A program made the position numbers and the translations under genes. The notes beneath the pieces were generated by a model. The model was given only the letters and a program-made list of their open reading frames with translations, searched no databases and was not told the DNA's origin. Shown here piece by piece: positions 40,462 to 52,400 of a stretch of 64,000 bases of DNA; position 1 is the first letter of the stretch; every line of letters starts with the position of its first letter. The stretch is from NCBI RefSeq assembly GCF_006345805.1, contig NC_043000.1:80104001-80168000 (forward strand). Reading direction: 5' to 3'. Origin of the DNA: Octopus sinensis. Taxonomy: Eukaryota.

Positions 40462-40621
40462 AACAACAAAACAAGATAAGAACAAACATCCGTCAAATGT
40501 AAATAATGTGCATAATTCTTCATCTCTTAAATATAGAACTGTAATTGATTTCTATAGCTAAAAACCCTTCAAGGTGGTGCTCCAGCATGGCCACAATCTA
40601 ATGACTGAAACAAGTAAAAGA

Positions 40622-40658
<37 letters not shown>

Positions 40659-40860
40659 AGATAATGGTGTCATTGTGGCCCAAATGTGTCAGATAATGCT
40701 GAATAAGCGCTATAGACAGACCATAGTTAAGTTCCAGACTCGGTGATATTGCGAATAAAGGGTTCAATGTTAGTTCTATGTCAGCGTGAGTATATAAGAA
40801 TTTTTTGCGTAATAAGATAAAAATCCAAGGCTGTATAGATATTAGAGCATTTATAGATAG

Positions 40861-40912
40861 GTCTTACAGCTGTTTCTAGGATATCTATTAATAATATCCC
40901 TTCATCTGAGAT
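40861..40912 (-). ncRNA. Hammerhead motif, degenerate core (CAGATGA)
   Basis: Inverted partner of 41187-41238. Confidence 0.45.
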
Positions 40913-41186
40913 GGTGTGAGAGGAAAGTTAAGTCATACTTCTCACTCATATGGGATTCTTACATTGCTTATAAAATCTATATTTGGAAGGACTCATTTTA
41001 AACTCTGTTGGACTTTTGGACTTTACTCATACGATATTGGCATATTGTATATATACGAATATGCCTATAAAATGGATTTACAACTTCAATACCCATATAT
41101 ATCTTGCATCTATTTTCTTTCCTCCACCTCACTCTCTATTTTGTATCGCATCTAAACTAACTATGACTTAACTTTCCTCTCACACC

Positions 41187-41238
41187 GTCTCCGATGAAGG
41201 GATATTATTAATAAATATTCTAGAAACAGCTGTAAGAT
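41187..41238 (+). ncRNA. Type I hammerhead (U4C core)
   Basis: GTCT-CCGATGA-A-GGGATATT...AATATTCT-A-GAAAC-AGCT-GTA-AGAT; palindromic ACAGCTGT stem III. Confidence 0.6.
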
Positions 41239-42412
41239 CGTCTATCTATAAATGCTCTAATATATATACAGCCCTGGTTTTTTTTATTTTATTATGCAAA
41301 ATATTCTTATATATATATATAAAATACAAAATGGGACAAGAACGTAAAACATCCAGACAGGTGATACAAAAATGGGACAACAAAACATCCAGATAGATGA
41401 TACAGAGTAAACAAGGACGGTTCATTCGAAGTTTTCTTTCCTCAGTAGAGTACCAGATTATCTTTGCAATTTCAGCTGATTATACTTGAGCTTGTTCCAA
41501 TCTGACCAGCCCCAAGGAAAAACTAAGCTAAGAGCATTAGATTCCTTGGAAGAAAGCAGCAAATGTATACAAAAACAAGGACGGAAAAAAACGGACATTA
41601 CACGAATACAATAAAAATAATAACAGGACATAACAACAGGTGTCTTTTGAGTAAGGACGAATGAAATTAAGCTGGTGTGTGTGAAAATGAAGCTTTATGG
41701 CAGGGATGCAAGATTTCACAAGCACAGGGAGGAATATTGATGTTGCACGGACAACGGCCAGACCAAGAAAGAAAGATCAGGGTTGGCTGAATGCCGGTTA
41801 CATGGGAAGAGAAGAGAGAGAGGTAGAGGCAGAGGGACAGAAGAATTAAGGAGGGGCTAGAAAAAATGACAGGGACACAGTAAAGTGAAAAGTGGAGGGA
41901 AAGTGAGCAAGAAGAGAAGGCAAAGAAATGTGAGAGAGAGGGGGAACAAAATATAGATAGATAAACATACAAACATACACACACACATACATACAAGAGA
42001 GAGAGAATTTACAAGGAGTTTTCATCAATTGAAATAATGTAGTAAGTATGTATTATAAGTGTTCAGTTTAGTTTATCACTAATACAGTGATCTTACAAAT
42101 GTAAACACTGGCAGAAACATACCTTTAGCTCATATAAGTGATTTATACCAGTCTTTATAGTTTGAACAGTTAGTTTAACTTGCACTTTACTTCAATAGAG
42201 AAATCTACTTCTAAGCCTTTGTACATCTTTTCAACAAACGTATCCCTCTTTATTTGTTCTCTACTTATTATTTCTTTAACCCTTCTCTTTCTAGTATCTG
42301 CCTTTGATGTTGAATCTACAAACGGTTTTTTAAAAATACTTAATAACGTTCTGTTTATCATTTATGCAGTCATCGTTATTGTTATAATGTCTTGTTGAGA
42401 TAGGCTCTCTTT

Positions 42413-42495
42413 CTTTCCTGATGAGAAGATTGCATTTTATACTGTTTATTCCTTTGGAATAAAACCAATGTTGTCTTCGAAACATATGTCGAAAG
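42413..42495 (+). ncRNA. Canonical type I hammerhead ribozyme, predicted GUC cleavage after 42490
   Basis: CTTTC-CTGATGA-GAAGA...TCTTC-GAAAC-ATAT-GTC-GAAAG. Perfect core, 5-bp stem I, extended stem II with apical tttattcc/ggaataaa hairpin, palindromic ACATATGT stem III. Confidence 0.85.
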
Positions 42496-42924
42496 TAAAA
42501 TAATTTTAATAACATTTGCGTTCACCTCCATTTATTTACTTATACTACACAAATTACTGGACATTAACCCGGGGTTTCTACCTTTGAATAGGTCACTTCA
42601 TCCGTGTTACTTGCGTGAATTTTGCTACCCTGGTAACTGTTTATTGAATTTTCCGTGTTAACGGTAAACAAAGGATAATTCATTCATCCATTTATATATA
42701 TATATGTATATATAAATGGATGTGTGTATTTTTCCCTTGTTTACAATTAACACGGAAAAAATAAATAAACAGTTACTAGGGCAGCAAAAATTCATGCAAG
42801 TAATAAGGATGTAACACCCTGTTTGTAAAGGTTGAAACTTCGGGTTGATGTGAAATATTTTGTATAATATATATAAATAAATGAAAGGAGTTAAACATAG
42901 ATGTTATTCAAATTATTTTACTTC

Positions 42925-45276
42925 TGACGGTGGTGAAGCACGACCTTCGAACTTTAGGTCTCACCAAGGAAATGACTGAAGACCGAGTCCTATGGAAGTG
43001 TGCTGTGCATGAGAGGACCCGGCAGGACTAGTCAGGCCATATCCCGTGGCCCCTACCTGGGACGTAGTCGATCCACCTGTGCATACCTTCCTTCTTGTGA
43101 CACTTGTGAAGACCTGCTGAGGCAAGTGAAAATCAATCAAAATAGATGAACATCAATGGAATTTGTATCTTTGTGGTACCAGTGCCTGTGGCACACAAGA
43201 AAACCATCCGAACGTGGCCGTAGCCAGTACCGCATCGACTGGCCTCCGTGCTGTGGGAACATGGTGGCACATAAAAACACCATCCGAAGACCCGGCAAGA
43301 CTAGTCAGGTCATAACCCGTGGGCCCTACCTGGGACGTAGTCAGTCCACCTGTACATACCTTCCTTCTTGTGACACTTGTGAAGACCTGCTGAGGCAAGT
43401 GAAAATCAAATCAAATCAAAACAAATCAAAATAGATGAACATCAATGGAATTTGTATCCTTGTGGTACCAGTGCCGGTGGCACACAAGAATCCATCCGAA
43501 CGTGGCCGTAGTCAGTACCGCTTGTGGTACCAGTGCCGGTGGCACACAAGAATCCATCCGAACGTGGCCGTAGTCAGTACCGCATCACTCGCCATCGTGC
43601 TGTGGGCACATAACAAACACCATCCGGTCGTGGCCGTTCGCCAGCCTCATCTAGCACCTGTGTCGGTGGCACATAAAAAGTAGTCAGTACCGCTTGTGGT
43701 ACCAGTGCCGGTGGCACACAAGAATCCATCCGAACATGGCCGTAGTCAGTACCGCATCACTGGCCATCGTGCTGTGGGCACATAACAAACACCATCCGGT
43801 CGTGGCCGTTCGCCAGCCTCATCTAGCACCTGTGTCGGTGGCACATAAAAACACCTTCCGAAGACCCGGCAAGACTAGTCAGGCCATAAACCATGGCCCC
43901 TACCTGGGACGTAGTCAGTCCACCTGTGCATACCTTCCTCCTTGTGATACTTGTGAAGGCCTGTTGAGGCAAGTGAAAATCAAATCAAATCAAATCAAAT
44001 CAAATCAAAATAGACAAAATAGATGAACATCAATGGAATTTGTATCTTTGTGGTACCAGTGCCGGTGGCACACAAGAGAAAACCATCCGAAAGTGGCCGT
44101 AGCCAGTACCGCATCGACTGGCCTCCGTGCTGTGGGCACATGACAAACACCATCCGATCGTGGCCGTTCGCCAGCCTCATCTAGCACCTGTGTCGGTGGT
44201 ACATAAAAACACCATCCGAAGACCCGGCAAGACTAGTCAGGCCATAACCCATGGCCCCTACCTGGGACGTAGTCAGTCCACCTGTGCATACCTTCCTTCT
44301 TGTGACACTTGTGAAGACCTGTTGAGGCAAGTGAAAATCAAATCAAAACAAATCAAAATAGATGAACATCAATGGAATCTGTATCTTTGTGGTACCAGTG
44401 CCGGTGGCACACACTTTGTGGTACCAGTGCCGGTGGCACACAAGAGAACCATCCGAACGTGGCCGTAGCCAGTTCCGCATCGACCGGCCTCTGTGCTGTG
44501 GGCATGTAACAAACACCATCCGATCATGGCCGTTCGCCAGCCTCATCTGGCACCTGTGTCGGTGGCACATAAAAACACCTTCCGAAGACCCGGCAAGACT
44601 AGTCAGTCCACCTGTGCATACCTTCCTTCTTGTGACACTTGTGAAGACCGGTTGAGGCAAGTGAAAATCAAATCAAATCAAAATAGACAAAATAGATGAA
44701 CATCAATGGAATTTGTATCCTGTGGTACCAGTGCCTGTGGCACACAAGAAATCCATCAGTGCCGTAGTCAGTGCGGTGGGCACATGACAAACACCATCCG
44801 ATCGTGGCCGTTCGCCAGCCTCATCTAGCACCTGTGTCGGTGGCACATAAAAACACCATCCGAGCGTGGCCGTCTGCCAGCCTCGTCTGGCACCTGTGTC
44901 GGTGGCACATAAAAACACCATCCGAGCGTGGCCGTCTGCCAGCCTCGTCTGGCACCTGTGTCGGTGGCACATAAAAAACACCATCCGAGCGTGGCCGTCT
45001 GCCAGCCTCGTCTGGCACCTGTGTCGGTGGCACATAAAAAACACCATCCGAGCGTGGCCGTTTGCCAGCCTCGTCTGGCACCTGTGTCGGTGGCACATAA
45101 AATCACCCACTACACTCTCGGAGTGGTTGGCGTTAGGAAGGGCATCCAGCTGTAGAAACACTGCCAGATCTGACTGGACTGGTGCAGCTTTCGGGCTCCC
45201 CAGACCCCAGTTGAACCGTCCAACCCATGCTAGCATGGAAAGCGGACGTTAAATGATGATGATGATGATGATGATG
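42925..45276 (+). mobile_element. RTE 3' end with hierarchically amplified 3' UTR and (GAT)n tail
   Basis: Begins with the RTE ORF end (gtggtgaagcacgaccttcgaac); five units start gacccggca at 43016, 43289, 43863, 44221 and 44586; ends ...ggacgttaaatgatgatg. Confidence 0.85.
44804..45102 (+). repeat. 62/63-bp tandem repeat, 5 copies
   Basis: gtggccg starts at 44804, 44866, 44928, 44991 and 45054. Confidence 0.92.
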
Positions 45277-45394
45277 ACAACATTGGTATTATTCCAAAAG
45301 GAATAAAATGGTGTAAAACAATGTAATCTTCTCATCAGGAAAAGAAAGAAACCAAACACATCAATAAGACATTTTAACAGAATGTGATGAATGT

Positions 45395-45398
45395 GTAT

Positions 45399-45448
<50 letters not shown>

Positions 45449-45449
45449 C

Positions 45450-45482
<33 letters not shown>

Positions 45483-45502
45483 CGTATATATACACACACA
45501 CA

Positions 45503-45566
<64 letters not shown>

Positions 45567-45590
45567 AGGTTATTTATATATATATAAGAC
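45395..45590. repeat. (TA)n-(CA)n microsatellite
   Basis: Read directly from the sequence. Confidence 0.95.
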
Positions 45591-45911
45591 AATAAGTTTG
45601 TCCTGAAATAGAAGTTGCGGTTCTGTTGGTAAAATTCCAAATTTGTAATAATATATATGTGTGTGTGTGCATGTAAAAAAGTTGAAGTAAATTTCGTCCT
45701 TTAATTTGAAGGATTTCAAAAAAGATTTCAAATATACCTTCTTCATATTTTGCTAGAAGCTTACTATTTCACTATTTTTATTCAACCATGAATTTATGTT
45801 TTTTTATATCGCTGTTCGAAACAATTACCTGTATGAATTAAAATTCTCTTACATTTCAACATCTCTTCTCCATTTTTAACAAATTTGTTGAGTTTTTGGG
45901 ATTCCTTTGTG

Positions 45912-45919
45912 TATCTATC

Positions 45920-46012
<93 letters not shown>
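45912..46012. repeat. (TATC)n microsatellite
   Basis: Read directly from the sequence. Confidence 0.95.
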
Positions 46013-46014
<2 letters not shown>

Positions 46015-46023
46015 AGAATATAT

Positions 46024-46065
<42 letters not shown>

Positions 46066-46953
46066 TATATATATATATATGTATATATATGCCTGGCTTC
46101 GAGTTTTCAAATCCTTTATGGACTCATAGGTGAAGTGACTTGGCATAAAGCTTATCATAGGTATCCTTCTACAAATATGATCCCAACATACTTGTTCCAG
46201 AGAGAAAGAGAGAGAGAGAGTGAGAGAGAAATCAACTCCTGTACAAGACTTGCACTCAATTTATCAACCCTAAATGGAAAATGGCCATTATTGACCTTGG
46301 CAAGATTTGAAGACAAAGCACAGACACATACAGAGTGCTGGAATGATTACAGCAGAGCTGTCTTTCCAATACTTTAACACACACAAAAGAGGAATGTAAG
46401 AAAATTGGGTTTGGGGATCAAAAATGTACTTGGGTCTTTATGTATTAAAAAATTTTAAACTTATTAAACTGCCATACTGATTTCAACAATGTTTTTTCAA
46501 TGGTATATTAAAGATTAAATATAAAATATAACTTGAAAGAGAGTGAATGCACGAGGACAAGTCTGATAGGAATAAAACATGATCAAAAATTTAATTGTCC
46601 GATAGGATTCATAGCAAAAGGATATGATAAAAATTTAAGTGTTTAATAAGTTCCATGGCTACAAGAAATAATGACAGATGAAATGTTCAATACATTTCAT
46701 AGAAAAAAATACATGATAGAAATTTGAAATTTCAATAAGTTCCATAACAATAAATTATGTTTGTAATTAGACATGATAAAGATTTTAAAGTATAATTAAA
46801 ACATTTTTTGTACAAGTACTCATAAGGTGTAAGTCAGAATTGTTCAGTGTTTGTTTTATTTGTTTGAGTGTGGAACTTGAAACTATTTTTCAAGCTGATA
46901 TTGTCTTATACATACATACATACATACATACATACATACATACATACATACAT

Positions 46954-46988
<35 letters not shown>

Positions 46989-47969
46989 TACAAACACACA
47001 CAAACACACACACACACACACAGACGTTTGAAGACATAGATTCCATTCCCAATTAGTTACTCATTCAAAGATATCACTTGTTTTTGTTTACCTGTGGCTC
47101 GACACCCTAGTTGGCTAACTACCTGGGTATGTTATTTGTTTATCAAATGTCCTGGCTGCTTGTTTGTACCTGACAGTAGTCTAGTATTTCAGCTGGCCAA
47201 TCCTAGGATGATGGAATTCTTTGAGGCAGATTTTCTATGGCTGGATGCCCTTCCTGTTGCCAACACCCAACAGTTACTAAACAAATTACTGATCACACCT
47301 TCTTCATCACTTTAACCCTGTTGTCTTAAATTGCTCTCATGCTACCACCCAATACACTCTAATTTGGCTCTGCTGTGCTGCTAGACATCACATTCTCTCA
47401 GGCCACTAACCATCACTTAGTCATGTCTTATTCTCATTGTTCTTTAACCATAAAATCATAAAGCTAGTTGGTGTAGAATCTAAAGTCTGCAATACAGCTG
47501 CTCAATCCAGAGAAGGTGGTTTTCTCTGGTTCACCAAAATAAACTTGCTCATGTGTTTGCATTTGCTGAAAATTTCTGATCAGGAATTCAGCAGTGTAGT
47601 CGAAATCTTAAATCTAAGAATTCTCTCCGCATTGAGCAGCTGTATTGCAGACTTTAGACCCCTTTCATTGATTTTACACCAACTAGCTTTACGGTCAGAG
47701 AGGACATGATTCTAATTCTCTTTCTAATTTCTTTTCTTTTTCCATTTTTCTTTGACCTTTCCACTTTTTGCACTCAACTTTCTCTTGTTTATTCTCATAT
47801 GATTTTTGTTGTTCTAATGTTCTGATTAGACAACTTCTCTAATGTAGAAAATTATTAGTAGCTCATAACTATATACTATGTACATTAAACAATATTTATT
47901 TCTCACTGGATGAAGTACTTTTTTGTTGATCTTACCTTAGAGGAAAAGTAAACTATATATATACATACG

Positions 47970-48010
<41 letters not shown>

Positions 48011-48364
48011 TAAAGTCAATTGAGCATTTCCAGAGAAGCACTCAACCCGAATACTGGGCTATCAACGCTATCAGGATCCAAGCCAAAGCCGGAATATTTC
48101 TGGTGTAGAAAATCCAAGTTTCATGACAGTTGTACTGTTATATGTTTTGGGGAAGAGTAAATAATCCAATGAAAAGAAGACAAAGAAAATTCTTTAACAT
48201 ATCTTTAATTGTAATTTGCAAAAAACAGTTTATGCAAAAATTCTAACCGAAAAATTATGTAATATTTGCAGTTTTAGGCATTGGAGAGGCACTTCCTCAG
48301 ACTTGCATCAAAATCATGCTATTATATTGTGCGTCTATCAGACCTTGTTGTTACAATGAGCTTC

Positions 48365-48490
48365 ATTCAGTTTCCATCACCCTAATCCATTTACAAGGCT
48401 TTGGTCAATCTGAAGCTATAGTGGTGTTCCCTGACCCACAGTACCATGCAATGGAACTGAGCACAGATCATTGTGGTCAGGTAGCAAACT
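48365..48490 (-). mobile_element. tRNA-derived SINE (family A), diverged
   Basis: Reverse complement of the family A head. Confidence 0.6.
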
Positions 48491-48545
48491 TGTTATGATA
48501 TTACGTGTGAATATGTGTGTGTGTGTGTATGTGTGTATGCATGTA

Positions 48546-48587
<42 letters not shown>

Positions 48588-49119
48588 GTAGCTGTGGCCA
48601 GTGCTGCCTGGCTGGCTTCTGAAAATGTACCATCTAAACGGGGTCGATGCCAGTGCCCCCTGACTGGCTCCCATGCTGGCGGCATGTAAAAAGCACCATC
48701 TAAACATGGTCGATGCTAGGTCCACCTCACTGGCTCCCATGCTGGTGGCACATAAAAAGCACCCACTACACTCTCAGAGTGGTTGGCATTAGGAAGGGCA
48801 TCCAGCTGTAGAAACATTGCCAGATCAGATTGGAGTCTGATGCAGCTGGTGAATTTCCAGAACTCAGTCAAACCGTCCAACCCATGCCAGCATGGAAAAT
48901 GGACGTTAAATGATGATAATGATGATGATGATGATGATGATGATATCCATATTTATCTAGTTCTGCTCCCCTTGTATATGTGTGTGTGTGTATGCATACA
49001 CACACATGAACACACATGTACATATACACACATGTCACACGCGTATACATATACATACATATCTATCTGTTGTAACATGTCTATAATGTCACTTTGTACA
49101 CTTTCTGTGTCTGTTTCAG

Positions 49120-49281
49120 TCTGATGTCAGAGAAGCCTACAGGGACATATCAAGCTGAGGTGTCAGTGGTTGAGATCTACAACAATGACATACGTGATCT
49201 CCTCAGTAAGGACTTCAAAAGTAAGCATGACCTAGTCACATGTCCAGATGGGTCACTGAGCCTTCCTACTGTCACCTTCAG
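49120..49281 (+). CDS. KIF25: Next kinesin motor-domain exon, KIF25-like
   Basis: Acceptor ctttctgtgtctgtttcag| and donor TTCAG|gttagt; 162 nt, phase 2/2. Splices in frame to the previous exon (AG+T=Ser): LMSEKPTGTYQAEVSVVEIYNNDIRDLLSKD...; the EIYNND.DLL form resembles KIF25 (EVYNNDIFDLL). Confidence 0.88.
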
Positions 49282-49330
49282 GTTAGTTATAATGTTATTA
49301 TAAACCACAGCAACATCAACTCTGCACACA

Positions 49331-49418
<88 letters not shown>

Positions 49419-52400
49419 CCCAACCAGTGGCAACACTGACAAACTAACAAGGGGAATTCTACAGTGTAGCTTGATCTGCTAAAATAAGCTACCAAATCTC
49501 TAGCAAATCACATATGAATGTCAGAAGAGAGGAATAAAATATTTACAGCTAAAATGGCTTTAATCAAAGGTGTATTGGGTCACAGCAGATCTGGAATTAA
49601 ACAACAACAGAAATAATAACAAAACCATTGCCACCACCACCACCACCACCAGTACTTTATTTTAAAACTGACACTCAGAAGGATGACAGACAAAGTTGAC
49701 CCTAGCTGGATTTGAACTCATCATGTAAACAAATACCACAAAGCATTTGGTCTGATGTATTAAGAATCCTGCCAACCAACCACCCTCAAAAAAACTAATT
49801 GGATATATTGACCCACAAGGACTGTAAGCTTCAGTGAGGGGACTAATTCATTACATTTATACAAAATTCGACTTATACTTTATTTCATTGATCTAGGAGA
49901 GATATAAGGCATAGTTGACCATGGTGAGATTTGAACTTAGAATGTAAATACCACAAAGCATTTTTGCTGGAAATTCGAGTGTGTTTAATCAATATCATCA
50001 CCTCCAGTACTTGACTGCTTAGTTTATCAACTTTGGAAGGATGAAAGGCAAAATTGGCTACTGCCAGATTTAATCTTAGAATGTAAAGAGCAGGAGCAAA
50101 TATGATGGTTGACATTTTGTCTGATGTTCTAATAATTCTACCTATGCACAACGCTAATCTTTAATAGAACCAAAAGAGCAGGATGTACATGTTTGCATTA
50201 TTGATGGTGTTTAATATGGGAATATGTAATTTCCCATATTAAATATGTATTTCCCATATTAATTAATATGGGAATATGTAATATGTAAAAGTGTAGAATA
50301 AGCATATTTTCGAAGAAATGAGTTTTAAAAAATTCTACTTTAATGCTACTACTTTAAGAAGTTAACTAAAAGAATGAAAAATTTTTAAAAAGATTATGAG
50401 GATTATGAAGAGAAGAGAAAAATATTTAAGTAACTTAGAAGTATTTAATTAAAAAAAAGTAAAAGGCATGTGGTGTACTCTGGTGGCCAGTTAGTGTAAG
50501 GGAGATAATCACTTCTTGTTAATATTTGGTGAGATTAGAACTTTGAAATTGAAATCGAAGAACAAGGCAGAAGCTGCAAAGAATATTTATATATTTTCTT
50601 CTTTTGCTCACTAATTATAAAGATGTTAAACTTTTTAGCCTTCAGTAATCATGTAAAGTACCATTTCATTCTTATTGGCAATTGCCAGTGTGACATAACC
50701 CGAGGTAGATAATTGAATTAAATTAAATATTTTAAAAAGCAGGACATTTCTTACAGATGGAAAATAATTACAGTTTGGAAGACATTTCTGGAGTGTGCTT
50801 TTTTACTTTTGTCTTTTTTTTTAGTTCAACAATTGAGAGATAAGAGAGAGAAACTTTTGACACACAGATTAACTGTTTCATATAAGATAAGAGTCAGCAG
50901 AAATTATGGACTTCCTATGTCTGTAACCACTGCAGTACCAGCTCTTTAGTAATATTTTTGTTTACCTTTCAAAATGAAATGTAAACTTACAATTACTTTA
51001 ACGTGTATTATCTTTTTTAATATGACATGTCTTCATTTTCTGTGATGTTGCTACTTTAAGAAGTTAATTAAAAGATGATGCTGAGACATGAAAACAGAAG
51101 TCTATAATAGTAATGATAATAATGATGATGATGATGATGATGGTAATAATACTTTTATTTATGGTAATAACCTACTTTTAAAGCATTTACTTCTTTCTTT
51201 CTGTCATTCAGGATAACAAATTTTATTTTGTACATTCCCCATTATGGTTGGCTTCATTTTAGATTTATTTGTCCCTTACATTGAAAGATCAGCCGAGGTG
51301 ATTATTTTGGGGAAAAAATCTTTTTCCAGAGCTCCTTTTTGTTTACAATTTTGCTTTTTGCTCCACCCCAGAATAAAATAATTTTGGGAAGAAGCTCTGC
51401 TCAGCACCTCTTATGCTGAGATAATGGAAAGTTCCTTAAACTTTTGTTATTTCTATGTTTCAAATAATTGAAATTATCCTTCTGTAAAATAGAAATTTTT
51501 CCAAAATTCCATTTTTAAAAATTTGTACCCACCATACCCCACCCACCTCACCTCTCCTGTAATTTTGAGGAGGTACAAGACCAGTCAGTTATGAGGAACA
51601 GGGGCCATTATAGTAATGATAGAAAAGACAGAGAAAAGAGTCAGCATACTTGTGGGTTAGAAACTGGTGTGTGTCTGTTAGAGATTTATTGCAAATCAGT
51701 TGACAAGCCCTTCTCTGGATTTGTAATCCAAGATGTAGGTGCAATACTCCCTTGCGAATTTCAGTGAGCTTTAGGAAGTGTCACCAATTGCTGGAGGTTG
51801 AAATACTTTCTGGTACTGATGAGAAGTGCCAGTGTTTCCAGTGCAATTCAAGTTATGGTCTTTTATTAGGAGAGATCCTGGAAAAAATTTATGGAGCTTC
51901 TGAGGGGAGGAGGAAATGTGAGAATATAGAATTGAAAAAAATATATTTTTTTATAGAATGCTAATTTTACTTATTTAAAACATAGAAATAATACTACAAA
52001 ATGAAGAAAAACTCCACTCACTTACCAGAGGAATGAGAGTAGGGGCTACACCAAAACTCTGGAATGGAGGGATAAATATGTGAACAAATGAAATTTTGAA
52101 AAGAATTTCTTTTATCAAAATCATCGTCTTAGTTGTTTGAAATACTAAGAGCATCAGAAAATGAAGGAAAAAAATTAAAGGAAGTAAAGTAACTGTATCA
52201 TAAGAGGAACAGATATTCCAAGACTTGCCCAACATTTTTTATACATGAATTTCTCCAAAATTTTAAACATCTGTTAGTTAGGAAGGAAGTCTATTCCCAT
52301 GGTCATGTACATGGCTTCTGGGATTAACCAAAAAGAGAGAGAAGGATATCTCCTAGCGTCATTATTGATGATGTTTCTAATTGATCACTCAGCTGGTTAG

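Larger units (their letters stand above)
37414..40544. mobile_element. Palindromic composite insertion: two head-to-head [tRNA-like head-(AAT)n-hammerhead] arms, 7-bp TSD
   Basis: ttgattt at 37407-37413 and 40545-40551; symmetry centre ccca|tggg at 40207/40208; tRNA heads at 40131-40207 (-) and 40208-40275 (+); HHR tails at 37414-37550 (-) and 40365-40544 (+). Confidence 0.75.
40794..41310. repeat. Inverted repeat (~145-bp arms, ~225-bp spacer) of a PLE pLTR
   Basis: 40794-40937 is reverse-complementary to 41162-41310; each arm carries an HHR motif. Confidence 0.85.
26642..49119 (+). other. 22,478-bp GT-AG intron of the kinesin gene
   Basis: Phase-compatible GT...AG between two exons that are consecutive in the kinesin motor domain. 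Confidence 0.85.

Noticed and set aside
41420-41530. Possible additional hammerhead on the minus strand
   Set aside because: A CAGCT-GAAA stem is present but I could not place an acceptable core and stem I.
42925-45102. CRISPR-like array of ~60-bp repeats
   Set aside because: No unique spacers, no cas genes, eukaryotic context; units derive from the RTE 3' UTR.
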